Part shown: positions 38,358 through 51,055 of the stretch, in pieces
How the letters are laid out: every line of letters begins with the position of its first letter
Numbering within the stretch: the stretch's first letter is position 1
NCBI RefSeq assembly: GCF_030028105.1
Contig: NC_092382.1
Coordinates: 99,402,699 to 99,466,698 of the forward strand
Length of the DNA stretch: 64,000 bases
From: Mobula birostris
Taxonomy: Eukaryota
Direction: 5' to 3'
Notes under the pieces: model-generated
Told to the model about the DNA's origin: nothing
What the model saw: the letters and a program-made list of their open reading frames with translations, nothing else
Database searches by the model: none
Position numbers and translations under genes: made by a program

Positions 38358-39179
38358 ATGAGGATGCGGCGGACACTTTGCCTCCCGCTGATTGTAGTGG
38401 TGATCCCGCGTAAGTTAAAATCACATTTCAAGGGGAAGTCGGGGCGGAATGTCCTTTGCCGAACAACGTAGTTTAGCTTTGGGCCTGGTTAGGCTTAGTA
38501 GGTTCACTCGGAATGGGGCTGAAGATTTGATGCCTTCCTTTCAAATCATGAGCCTTGTTACAAAGCGTCTTATCAGTGATCAATTGTGTGTGTGTGTGAG
38601 TGTGTGCGTGTGTCTGTCGGTCTGTCTCTCTGTCAGTGTGTCTGCGTGTGCCTTGAGACAGAACGTGGCGACTAGAATTAGGTCATCAAACTCATGGAGT
38701 CTGATCCAACATTCACCCATGGCCATCAGGCCTATTGCACGTCGCACAATAGTCTGAAACTTCGGGTTAATCGGAGGGTGGCCAGGGTCTTTCGAAAAGG
38801 GCAGCTCCTCCCTTCTGCTGAGATCCTGCGCGTCGTGATGAACAATTGGGAAGAATTAGAGTCTCATCGAATTTCTGATTTACAGGGATTCTGGCCGCGT
38901 ACGTGGAGCAGACGCCTTCCTCCCTGTCAATCGGAGAGGGAGAGCCGGCCAGCGTGTCATGTACGCAGCTGAATGTCGACTATCAATATATGTACAGGTA
39001 CAGACAGCTAACCGACCGGGCTATAGAGGTTATCTTCGTTTCTTTAGGGCAAGGTTCAGTTACGAACTACACATCCGATTCCTACACATCGTCAAGACCC
39101 AGAATCACTCTGTTTCAACTGGAACTGAAACAGGCATCGGCCTTCCACTCCGCCGTCTACTACTGCGCTTATAGTATCG
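38358..39179 (+). pseudogene. Family-B' V, open frame but probably non-rearranging
   Basis: Leader 38358-38409, V exon 38886-39179, conserved Trp41 replaced by Arg (YMYRYRQ). Heptamer CAAAGGA lacks the essential CAC; nonamer ACAAAAACC 39210-18 is intact. Confidence 0.8.
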
Positions 39180-39257
39180 CAAAGGACTTGAGATAGCGAA
39201 TGTCCCATGACAAAAACCTTACAGCCAAACACAAGGAAGTTGTGCGGCCCTGTTGCA

Positions 39258-39271
39258 CCACTAGAGGGCAG
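39258..39271 (+). promoter_or_regulatory. RSS-adjacent CTCF-type motif
   Basis: CCACTAGAGGGCAG, 39 bp after the nonamer. Confidence 0.8.
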
Positions 39272-39944
39272 CACATGGACTGTGTTTAGCTGTTCTTTTG
39301 CGTCACGCATGAGATACACCCTGCTGGCTTTCCTCGGGTGCGCCATTTTGCCGCAGGTAACACAAAGAAGACAAGCATTCGTTTACGATAGAAAACGGCT
39401 TTTAATGGCAACTGCCGCTCAATCAAGGGCAGTTTACTCCAGGGAGACCTGCACGCAGCGCTCTTGGCTTTGATATCCACCTCATTATGGACTTGCTCGC
39501 CTGCACTGGGCTTTCTCTGTCGCTTTGAAACGTTATTGAACTGCCTTATTTCACAGCAATGGGTAGTGTAATGAGTCGATCTGCAGAACAGGCGTTTAAC
39601 TCTAAATCGATACACATGGCCTCAAAGTATCGTGTGATGAACTGATCTCTGCTAATCAGCTTGTCACAGTATCTCAACAAACCAATAGCGATGCTTTCCA
39701 AAGATGTTCCGTGTCCATCTCGCACGTTGTGTGCGTTGATATATTGATACTTAGGATATAGGCAAAACTTTCATCTATCCCAGAACTGTCTGCTGCGATA
39801 TACAACACTGACATCATAGACAGCAGCTTACCATCAGCCAGTTTTCGGCTGACTTGGTGGAACACTCTCTCACAATATAGGAAAACCACAACAGACTGCA
39901 GAGACAGATGGAAACAACAAGAGAAAAACAACAAATGCCGTAAA

Positions 39945-40269
39945 CAACAGGAATTCTGCAGATGCTGGAAATTCAAGCAACACACATCAAAGTTGCTGGT
40001 GAACGCAGCAGGTCAGGCAGCATCTGTAGGAAGAGGTGCAGTCGCCGTTTCAGGCCGAGACCCTTCGTCAGGACTAATTGAAGGAAGAGTGAGTAAGGGA
40101 TTTGAAAGTTGGAGGGGGAGGGGGAGATCCAAAATGATAGGAGAAGACAGGAGGGGGAGGGATAGAGCCAAGAGCTGGACAGGTGATAGGCAAAAGGGGA
40201 TACGAGAGGATCATGGGACAGGAGGTCCGTGAAGAAAGACAAGGAGGTGGGGGGACCCAGAGGATGGGC
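39945..40269 (-). mobile_element. Short Penelope pseudo-LTR insertion with 11-bp target-site duplication
   Basis: Reverse complement of about 13950-14226, flanked by AATGCCGTAAA at 39934-44 and 40270-80. Absent from the paralogous site near 25300. Confidence 0.85.
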
Positions 40270-41515
40270 AATGCCGTAAATCCTAGGAACACGCAGAAAA
40301 TGCCGGGGGGATTCAGCAATCCCGGCGGCATCACTGGAAAAGAGCACAGTCGTCGTTTCTGGCCGAGAAACACTTCGTCAGGGCTGGAGAAAGAAAAAGA
40401 CAATGATGACGAGTAGGTGAGGGGAGTGAGAGACAGGGTGATAGTGCAACCGGGAGGGGGACGCGTGATGGAAAGAGCTGGTAATTTCATTGGTGACAGA
40501 GATACAAGGCGGAAGAAGAGTAATCTGATAGGAGAGGACAGAAGGCCATGGAAGAAAGAAAATGGAGGAGGAGGACCAGATGGAGGCGATGTGCAGGCAA
40601 GGAGAGACAGAAAGAGAAAAAAAGGCATGGGAGGGGTTCGAGGGATCAGCTGGAATTCGAGCAATCGATGTTCAAGCCATCAGGTAGGAGACTACCTAGA
40701 CGGAATACAAAGTGTGCTGCTCCATCAGTGTGAATAAATCGCGGCAGAGGAAAGGGCCTTGGATTGATGTCGGAATTGGAATGGTCGCAACACTAGAGGA
40801 CGCTGGAAGAATCCGGATCTCACAGTCGTCACCCATTTTAATTCCAGTACATGATTAATTGACAACTAAACGGAAAGATGGAAAATCAATTTGCAAAAGA
40901 AAACAAACTGAGCAATTTAAAACAGAGCAAAGAAGTAGAAGACGAATTAATAAGTACAAATAGGTTTACTAGTAAATGATTTGTAGAGATCGTGAAAGTG
41001 AGGTCATAGGGTTTGACATAGTTCAGTGTGGAGGTGATTCGGGAGCCCGAACCTCCGTGGATAGCTTCAGTATCCTCAACACTGAAGAGGACATGCTGGC
41101 GGTTACATCCCGCATTGTTATGAGATTATGGCGAGGGCCGAGAACTTTCTGGCATGGAAGCGATACACGGGTCAATAAACCAAAAATAAATAAATTGAAG
41201 CTCTAATGCAGATGCATCTTGGGTTCCCCAGGATCTAAGTGCCGATTGTTTTAAATCGGTTTTCCCGGGATATGTGCCACCCAACTTAGAATCATGAAAA
41301 CGCATCTGCATTACATGAACTCGTCCGGGGTCTTCCTGTCATTTTCTCAACAATGACAACCGCCCCAAAGAAGCTCTTCCGCTACGGAAGTGACGTAATT
41401 GTCACACAGCCAACAGGAAGACAGGTCCTTTGTCAGACCACGGAGAGAGACTTCCCTGACATTTGATACTGAGCTTCATTCGACTCCAGTCAGAGGAACT
41501 ATCCTCATCCTGTCA

Positions 41516-41820
41516 ATGATGGTCTGGGGGACACTTTACCTCCAGCTGATTGTGGTGGCCATCCCGCGTAAGTTAAACTCACAGGTCTGGGGGTAAGCGG
41601 GTGTAGAATGTCTTACGTAGACTGACGTCGCACAGCAACGAACGTGGTTAGGCTTGGTAGTATTCTTCGCCAAAAGGGCAAAGGTTTGATGCATCCCTTT
41701 CAACTCATATGCATAATGAAGAATAGTTCATTGTGTGCGCAATTCTGTACTTCGTAGACACCGTGTGCGTGTATCTGTGCTGTAGCAGAGAGAAACACAG
41801 AGGGAGAGAGAGAGAGACAC

Positions 41821-41854
<34 letters not shown>

Positions 41855-42315
41855 CAGAGTTAGGTCATTTGGCGTATATTCGAGCATGGTCAAGGCGCGA
41901 CGATGGTGCATCACACTGAATGCACATCGCACTACAGCACACCAACAGCCTCCTTCTGTCTAGCTTAGCCTTGATGAACGGTTGAGGGAAATTAAAGTCG
42001 AATCGTATTTCTGTCTTACAGAGATTCTCTCCGCGTATGTGGAGCAATCGCCGTCGTCCGTGTCAATCGGTGTGGGACAGCCGTTCAGCGTCGTATGCAC
42101 TTTGCTGAATACGCGCTATGAATATCTGTATTGGTACAGACAGCGATCGGACCGGACAGTAGATGTTCTCTTCTATTCTTTTTTAGAAGGTTCCGTTACA
42201 AACTTCACATCCGATTCCTACACGGCGGCAAGACCCAGCAACACACTGTTTAAACTGGAACTGGGACACGCATCGGCCTCCCACTCCGCCGTCTACTACT
42301 GCGCTTGTAGTAACG
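41516..42315 (+). CDS. TRBV: TCR beta-like V segment, family B, apparently functional
   Basis: Leader 41516-41567, V exon 42022-42315 (..YYCACSN). RSS CACAGAA 42316-22, 23 bp, ACAAAAACC 42346-54. Confidence 0.9.
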
Positions 42316-42386
42316 CACAGAACTTCAGATAACGGGTCTCCCACTACAAAAACCTTCCAGCCAATCGCAGGGAGCTCCACGTTGAA

Positions 42387-42400
42387 CCACTAGGTGGCAG
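42387..42400 (+). promoter_or_regulatory. RSS-adjacent CTCF-type motif
   Basis: CCACTAGGTGGCAG, 32 bp after the nonamer. Confidence 0.8.
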
Positions 42401-45400
42401 CACCAGACCGTACATGGCTGCCCCTTTCTGTCACGAACGGGCAGCACTCGGCAGGCTTTCTGCGCTTGCTCCTGCTCTCGCAGATGTCAAATCGACAAGC
42501 ATAATGGCTTTGATGAATGACACCTGTTATAGCACGTGTTCTGCAGTTGATGGCAGGAAACCCAAGACAGACCTGCGCACAGCTCAGCACATCGCTCAAA
42601 CGTCCCCTCTCTCCATACACCGTGTTTCCCCAGTAAAGCGGCCGATGAACATAAAGGGCTCCAGTCACCAATCCAGCAGCTTCTTTGCCTTGGATACCCG
42701 ACTCTTGAACGGACCAATTATGCGAGAGGATGGTAAAATAATATAGACACCCGACTTCACAATCTAACTCTCTCTAGCCCTGTTTACCTACACTGCGTTT
42801 TTTTTCTGTCGAATTTGAGTTTTGTTGATTTACCTCATTCTACACCAATGCACTGTGTACTGATTTGAACTGTATGCAAGACCAGCTTTTCACTTTAACC
42901 CCATACATGCAGCAAGTGTAATCGATTTTATTAATTTACCTTTCTCTATCTGAATTCAAAATGTAATGAATTGATCTCTGCGAAGAAATTTTTCACCGCA
43001 TAACTGCACAGCCAAGTCACTGTGGCCAAGCACTGTAATTCCGATTCCCATTCACCTTCCGAAGTGCCGGTCCATGTCGACCCATCGTGTTAAAAACAGG
43101 TCACCCTCAAGGTAGAGGAACATCTTCTTATATTCCATGTGGGTACCCTCCAACCTGATGGTGTGTATTACTGTTACCGTTTCTTCTTCTCGCCTGACCG
43201 TCGCTTACCTCTTGAACCTCCCTTTCTTCTCCTTCCCCTATTCTCCGTCTCCTCTCCTTTCATATTCTTCCCACTCCAGCGCTTGGCTTTTCCCTTCCAC
43301 CTGTCTTCACCTATCAACTTTCAGCCGGCATTTTACCCAGCCCGCAACTTTTAATTCAGGAATCATCCTCCACCCCCCACTCCGTCACCTTTTCACTCTC
43401 AGTCCTGATGAAGGGTGTCGGTCTGAAACGTCCAATGTTGCACCTTTCCACACGCCAGCAAGAGCGCTGCATCGCGAGTCTCTAACCACAGAGAAACCTT
43501 TGTCCTGTTCACCAAGAGGTGCAGAGCGGGATTGTCACCACGTGGGGGCAGCAGTACTCTGTGTTTCACTGCACATTGTCCGACTCGAACGGCACACAGC
43601 AACGCGCACATGTTATACTGGTGCATCTGTAAAAGTTTGCTCTGCGGATGCATCTTTACAAATGCTAACATCTCGCACATACATCTATGTCTTGTGTACA
43701 TATGTAAATAACGAAAGAATAACATCGGTTTAGAGTCCTCCTGTACCTTATCGGGCGGCCACACAGTGTATGTCCGTGGTCCTCTGCTATTGTAGCCTAT
43801 CATCTCCAAGGTTCAACATATTGTGAATTCAAGATGGCCTTCTGCACACCAGTGTTGTAACACATGGTTACTTGAATTACTGTCGCCTTCCTCTCAGCGT
43901 GAAAGAGTCCGGCCGTTCTCCTCTAACCTAGGGCATCAACAGGGTGTTCTCACCCATACAATCACCACAACAGGTTTTTGCTCAATTCTCTGCAAACACT
44001 AAAGAACGTTGTGTGTGAATATCCCAGGATGTCAGTAGTCTCTGAGATACGCAGCCTCTCCGGGATTGGCACCAATAAGCATTCTGCAGTCCAAGTAAAT
44101 TAGATTACATTTCTTCCCTATTCTGACGTTTGGACTCAACAACAATGGAACCTCTTGACGATTTCTGATGCATCGACTTGTTGCAACAAGATTGACTGAT
44201 GAGACATTTACACTGACGATTTGGTGTGGAGATGTCTGATAATGTGGCGACGTCGTCTGAGTAGCTTGAACGAAAACGTGGATAGGTGGGTCTGTAAGTT
44301 TGAAAACGACACAGTGATTAACCGCGTTGTAGATGCTATAGCAGGTTGTCAACGGAGAGAGCGGAATATCTATGTTGTCAGTACGTAGCTGCAGCTAATA
44401 ATGAGGCCACTGGGTGTATGTTGTGTTGTCTTTATCATCACCTCTGCAGACCTTCGCTGCTCCTTCTCATCTTTCGCAGTATTCCGTCTGGAGGAGAGAT
44501 TGCCCGACCCGAGGCAGGAGCATATTCCGCTGCTGTTGGTCTTTCGCTTCTTTTTCCGACCAGGAGACAAAGGAAGTTCTTTGGTTGCCGTATAACCACA
44601 ACATCTGCATCGACTCGCCACGAAAATCCCTGTGACTTTCGCGCTCTTTCAGTCTGCGAGTGCAGAGTCACAGAGACAGCAGACACAAAGAAATGCATTA
44701 CGGATAANNNNNNNNNNNNNNNNNNNNNNNNNNNNNNNNNNNNNNNNNNNNNNNNNNNNNNNNNNNNNNNNNNNNNNNNNNNNNNNNNNNNNNNNNNNNN
44801 NNNNNNNNNNNNNNNNNNNNNNNNNNNNNNNNNNNNNNNNNNNNNNNNNNNNNTGGATAGATAGATAGATACACAGAAGATTGATAGATAGATAGATAAA
44901 TAAATACATGCACACATAGCAAGTTCGCAGCTCCTTCTGCTTTTTCGCTGTATTCCTTTCCGAGACGCGATAAACCCCACTCTGGGTGTGCAATGTACTG
45001 AGCATTATTGCTCGTTTCTGTTCTAACCTGGAACGGCAAGCGGTTTTCCCATAGCTAATGTATAACGATAGCTGCTTCATTCACCCACCACGAAATCCCT
45101 GTTATCCCNNNNNNNNNNNNNNNNNNNNNNNNNNNNNNNNNNNNNNNNNNNNNNNNNNNNNNNNNNNNNNNNNNNNNNNNNNNNNNNNNNNNNNNNNNNN
45201 NNNNNNNNNNNNNNNNNNNNNNNNNNNNNNNNNNNNNNNNNNNNTCAATAAAGCGACGCTGCAGATTCTGCGACCACTCTCCTCCGCCTTTCGAATGACG
45301 ACAGGAAGCGAATGACGTCATGCGGCCGCAATGCGCCAACAACTATATCGGGCAATTTAGTTCTTCTGCAGGCTGGTCTTGAACGGCGCTCCACCCAAAA

Positions 45401-45422
45401 CCCGCCAGTAGCCACTCTGTGA

Positions 45423-45912
45423 ATGATGGTGCGAGGACAATATTGTCTTCCGCTGATTGTGGCATTGATCCCGCGTAAGTCAGGATAACAATTGTTCTGG
45501 GGAAGGTAACTCAGGTTCAGAGAACGGGCTACCATTTGCTGAGAGAAATTAGGCTCTAATGGAATTTCTCCCTTGCAGGGATTCTGGCCGTGGACGTGGA
45601 GCAGTCACCCCACTTCCCTGTCAGTTGGATTGGGAGAGTCAATCACCGTCCAATGCAGGCTGCTGAATTCGGACTATAATCATATGTACTGGTACAGACA
45701 GCGACCGGACGGCACAGTAGAAGCTCTTTTCTATTCTACTGGGAAAGATTTAGTCAACAGTTACACGTCGGAATCCTACGCGGCAACAAGATCCAGCAGT
45801 ACTTTCTTTCAACTGGAACTAAAGAACGCCTCGCACTCTCACTCAGCCGTTTATTTCTGCGCCTGTAGTAGCGCACAGAGGTTGAGAAGTCGAGCCGCCT
45901 CTGACAAAAACT
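45423..45912 (+). pseudogene. Family-C V with +1 frameshift in FR1
   Basis: Leader 45423-45474, exon from 45579. tcaccccacttccctg versus tcgcccccttccctg in the paralogs; otherwise intact, with a good RSS (45874-45912). Confidence 0.8.
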
Positions 45913-45954
45913 GTTCTGCACAATCGCTGAAGGCTCAGAACCCGCTCTTCGCCA

Positions 45955-45968
45955 CCAGTAGGGGTCGC
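45955..45968 (+). promoter_or_regulatory. RSS-adjacent CTCF-type motif
   Basis: CCAGTAGGGGTCGC, 42 bp after the nonamer. Confidence 0.65.
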
Positions 45969-46528
45969 TGCACATTGAGCTTCACTGTCCGAGTATCGTC
46001 CAGCATAACACTATAATTGCCTTTTGATTCTTCCCATCCGCACAACCCAGTACGTAATATCAGGAACTCAGATCCGGAGGAAAAGGCAAGGATGCCTGAA
46101 GTAATTCAGAAACACTCCACACAAAAGAAAAACAGTGACCGCCTCGAATTTCATACGAAGCTAAAGAAATTTGGCAAGTCCCCTTTAAGCCACAGCAAAA
46201 TTTACAACTGAAGTGCTTAAATTATTTGCAGGGATGGCGTTCAAAGCAATCTTCATTTTGTTATCTGGCGATAATAACAGATGTATGATGTGTTTGTATA
46301 AATGACTTATTGGTAGATTAATAATTCGCTTAAACCCTCCTGAACACCTTCAGCAAAACTGCCAGGAAGCGAATTTGTTCACCCTCGCGCTCATGTGCAG
46401 CCCGTCTCTGTTGTACAGGGCGCACCTTCCCCAGAACAGATACCAGTGAGGTTTCAACCCATAAACGGAAACTAGAATTGCAGTTATATAATAGAATGGT
46501 AGAGAGATCGATTGATACATGGATGCAT

Positions 46529-46587
<59 letters not shown>
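46529..46587. repeat. (AG)n microsatellite (others: TG/AG at about 1813-1867 and 5695-5762; ATCT at about 19707-19760; AG at about 26823-26857)
   Basis: Direct inspection. Confidence 0.9.
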
Positions 46588-46592
<5 letters not shown>

Positions 46593-47393
46593 GCAGGAAA
46601 TAATACACAGCTGGAAACTCATAATTATGTTTTTACTGGTGGTAGTTCCTGAATCTCTGATTACTTACCCAATTAAAAACAAGTGTCTTTCCTACTCATG
46701 TTTGCTCAGCAAATAATGAAGCTCTCGTTCAACGCCAACTGCACTTCCAACTTCGCTCTTCTTCTGGCCTTTGATTTGAAATGTTGCTCGGGGTATGACG
46801 CGCAGGAAGTGACGCAGCCACGGGACAGTAGCATAGCCGCAGTCCAAACAGACAACGCAAAGTGCTTCTCCTGAATGCTGGCATTCTGCTACACTTGATA
46901 CCAAAGCGGCTGGTGTCTCTCTGGGGCGGATGTTGGCATGTGGGACACGTTGAATGCTGTTGATTCCCAGTAAGTCAAAACATCATAGAACCAGGGAGAG
47001 GGCTGGTGTTCTTGGCAGAGTTACGTATCGCGACGTTGGCCGTGGTTTATCTTGATCGAGGGTCGTAAATTCGAATCCTCCTTTATTACTCATGTCCCTC
47101 AACTGCAAGATCAGACCATCAATGTGCACGGTCGTCCCAGGTCCCTTTATGTTTTGTCATTGAAATGATACGTCCTATCCGGCGGACGGGATTAAACTTG
47201 AAAGAGTGCTTTTGTACGTTTATCGGAGATACCGCAAAGGGGGTTGACGTCCGGATCCTAGCGGTGATCAAATTCGAGTAAGTTGTCAGATATCCCGGGG
47301 TAATTTTTCATTCTGCTCTAAGTTTGCCTGACTTGGCCCACGGCGCGTTTCCTTGCTATGGTGTTTTTCACGTGATGTTCATGAGTCCAATGG

Positions 47394-47858
47394 ATGATAT
47401 CCCGTTGGGGTTTCCTAAGGATGGCCGGTAATTTTTATGGGCACGTGTTCCTTCTCTCTGACTTTGCAGAATACCTGGTCTATTATTGAGAGAAAGTAAT
47501 AGTCTAATAGATTTTCCACTTTGCAGGCGTTCTGGCCGTGTACGTGGAACGTGTGCCTCCCGCCTTGTCAACTGGAGTTGGCGAGTCAGTCGACGTCACA
47601 TCCACGCTGTTCAATACTGACGGTAGCAATATGTTTTGTACAGACAGAGACACGGCCGGGCAACAGAAGCTCTTATCTTCTCCACTGGGCAAGGCATCGT
47701 CACGAAGTGCACAACCGAGTCCTACACGGCCACGAGAACGAGCAGCACACTGTTCAATCTGGAAGTGAAAGACGTCTCGCCCTCTCACTTCGATGTCTTC
47801 TTCTGCACTGGTATCAGCGCACAGAGCTAGACCAGCCGAATCTGGTGTGACATAAACC
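47394..47858 (+). pseudogene. Family-D V pseudogene
   Basis: Leader 47394-47427, exon from 47527, Cys23 replaced by Ser (TCC), -1 frameshift at the Trp41 codon. RSS 47820-47858. Confidence 0.85.
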
Positions 47859-47897
47859 TTCTGCCCTATTACTGGGAGATTCATAAGAAGATTCGCA

Positions 47898-47911
47898 CCA
47901 CTAGGGGGCAG
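47898..47911 (+). promoter_or_regulatory. RSS-adjacent CTCF-type motif
   Basis: CCACTAGGGGGCAG, 39 bp after the nonamer. Confidence 0.8.
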
Positions 47912-48846
47912 TAGCAGATTGCGTTTCTCAACTCATTTTGCATCTGGCATAGGATCCATTTTACTCTGGTCAGGTATTGCTCAGCTCCGAGGCACAGGAC
48001 CGTGCCTTTTATACACCTTTGCTTGCACTACACGCCTTCGCGTGTTTCAGCCTTCTTCAATTATCTCTGATCCATTGATAATCACACAGGACCAAAGTGA
48101 AGGCTGAGTCACAGTAGACTGTGCGACGTGGGAAACAGTTGACAACCTCGACTTCATCCATCGGAGCTTTTATAGAGCTGGGATGTGTCACGGGCTTGCA
48201 GAACAAGAAGAAAAATAGAGTGCTATGACTAAACGTTTATATTCAGTCATTTTAGATTATTTATCTGCCTATCTAACTGTACATCTATCTATCTAACTGC
48301 CTACCTGTCTATCTATCAATCAATCAATCTATCTACCTATCCAACAATCAATAAATCTATCTATCTATCTACCTATCTCACTGTCTATCGATCTATCTGT
48401 ACAGACAGAATCGTCATGGTCGTTGACGTTCCATGTAGATGGGACAAATAAAGTAAATCATCGATCATAGCTTGCGAAATGAGAGGTGTGAGCACCAGTA
48501 AGAACAATAGTCGGAGGGGGCGGGGAGCGAAAAGGGAGAGAGAGAGAGAGAGAGAGAGAGAGCAAGAAAGAGAGATAAGGAAGAAGAGAATGCGACGAGT
48601 CATTCAACACTTGTCTATCGATGGGAGACGGATATGGGAAGTCAAGAAGGGAAAATGATGTTTCGGTAAAGTATAACTCCGCATGCCTCGATTCTGGTTG
48701 GTCAAAAGGAGCAGAGGGCGCGCCCATCCGTATGACCAATGACCATTTAGGTCAATGAATTACGTGACAAGCGGGACTGAAGTGAATAGATTCATTGCTC
48801 CTGGACACAACAGTTTCACTTGGGAGGGCATTATCCTCCAGAGAAG

Positions 48847-49477
48847 ATGTTTCTGTTTCTGCAACTGATCGTCTCCTTCCACTGTGAGGGAAAAATTTGC
48901 TTATACTTTTTCCTCTGTTTTCCCTATTGTAATCCTCGCTTCCGCCAATTCTGTGCCTTTTCTGTCTCATTCTGCGCTTTTCTTCGCCCATTTCCATCCT
49001 CCCTCTGATCTTTTTTCGTCGGACCCTCTCCATACCGACCGCCGCCCAAAAATAACCCAACTTCAATCCTTCCCCTTCTCTACACCGTCGTTCTCCCCGT
49101 CTGCATGCTCTCCTTTTCTCACTCCCACTCTCTTCTTCAGATGTGACCCGGTGACGATCCAGCAGATTCCAGCTTTCTCCGGTCCCACCGGCCGGGCTGT
49201 GACACTGAACTGTACTGTCGAGGGGAGCAGCAACGCGGCTGATAGAATGTTCTGGTACGGAGAACACCCGGTACAGGGGCTGGAGAACTTGTTCTACTCT
49301 ACGGTTGCCGGTAACGTGCAATCAAGGGGGTCGCTGTACGGCTTTACCGCAGAGAGACCGAGCAGCTACATCTTCAGGCTCAGCTCTGTCGCCTTGCAGG
49401 CGATTTCGCCAGCCGTGTACTTCTGTGCCTGGCGTGATCACAGCGACTGGGTCAGACGGAGGAGCTGAACAAAAAAC
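48847..49477 (+). pseudogene. Family-E V with -1 frameshift at the start of exon 2
   Basis: Leader 48847-48883. Exon 49141 reads AT GTG ACC CGG TGA, one C fewer than the 33451 paralog. RSS CACAGCG 49439-45, 23 bp, ACAAAAAAC. Confidence 0.75.
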
Positions 49478-51055
49478 TCACCGCCTTGATGTCAATAGAA
49501 GAGCGGGTGTGAGCCTGTCCGACAGATGGCGCTGCGATGCTGCCACTGAGAGAAATAACAGGGCGAAGATATCGCACCTGCACCTGTCATGCATTTCCCT
49601 TGTTAGGGATTAAAATGGCTGTAGCGATTCTACACAGATATCTTTGCACCCGTTTTGTTTTTTTTGTTTCGGTGAAAGCCTTCCTCCGATGATCAGACTG
49701 GTGTGTACTCAGACTGCATGGTGGTTCTTCGTTACATGACCGTTTTGATCAGAACTTCCGAGTGAGGCCAACTGGGTTGAGACTTCCAACTATATGCAGT
49801 CTCCCTACACCTACATCCTGCACATTCATCGCTTTGTGCATCATTCTGGGCAATACGTCAGCTGTGCCTGAGTCAAGCCTTTCTCTGACGTAACGCCCCT
49901 TCTCCCTAATGTTTCGTTGAGGCTGCCTGACAAGACGAAGTCATTCTGCAAACAAAGTACTAAACATAAAATAAATAGGTAATATCTAGACATGAATATA
50001 ACTAGATAGATGGATTAATAAATAGACAGACAGAAAGAAAGGCAGACAGATAGATATAAAGATATATTTTTAGCTAGATGATGGACAGAGAGAGAGAGAG
50101 AACAGTAGATAGGGAGAGGGCTGGAGTGATAGTGAGACAGACATAGAAGGAGATAGTCAATGCGCCCGGCAAACAACTTCAGCTTATTTGTGACTGAGAG
50201 GCGTTCATGAAGATGTAGGGGAAGAGAATAATCTTCAGTGAGAGAGAGAGTGGGAGAAAGAGAGAATTCCGCTGGGGAGAGAGTTAGGAGGGCATTCGGC
50301 TAATTTGGATCGGACGTATGCATTCGTTCCAACCGGCTCAGAGAAGAACGAAGCGGAGCTTAAACCGAGTATGACGATGGGAGGCGGTGTTTGGGAGACG
50401 TTACTCTATTTCCAACAAACAAGAAACGCTGGTGGTACACATCACGTCAAGTAGTATCTATGCAATGGAAAAACCAGTCAATGTTTAGTACCGAGACATC
50501 ACATCGGAACTGGAAGGGAATCTAGAATAATAAAATGCGGAAGGAAAAGGACCTCAAGACCGCAGGTGACAATTGAGGTCAGTTGAGGGGGCAGTTGTTC
50601 GCGTAGCGGCGATGTCACATTTTATGGAAAGTTGGAAGGTGGTAGCTGGAAAAAACATAGACGGTGGAAGAAGATTTCCGATATGAGAGCTGGGGTGACC
50701 ACGGAAGAAAGGGGACGGACAGTGGAACCAGAGGGAGGACATGGTCGGTGAAAAACAAAAGACGGGAAGGCATATACTATAAAAAAAGTACAGACTGACA
50801 TAGAACGGGAAGAGGGAAAAACAGGGAAGTAAGTGATATGGACAGAGAGCGAGAGGTTTGGGCGGTCAAACTCGTGAAACGGAGGCAACGCATCCCTCGA
50901 ATGGGGGCGGTCTCACAGAAGGGGCGTGGCTGATCGCTACTTCCGCAAATCCACCTACGTCACTGCGATACGTAACAAGCGGGGATGAAGTGAATGGATT
51001 CGTCTCTGCTGCACGCAGCACTTTCATCGCTGAGAGAATAAACCCGCCAAGGAAG

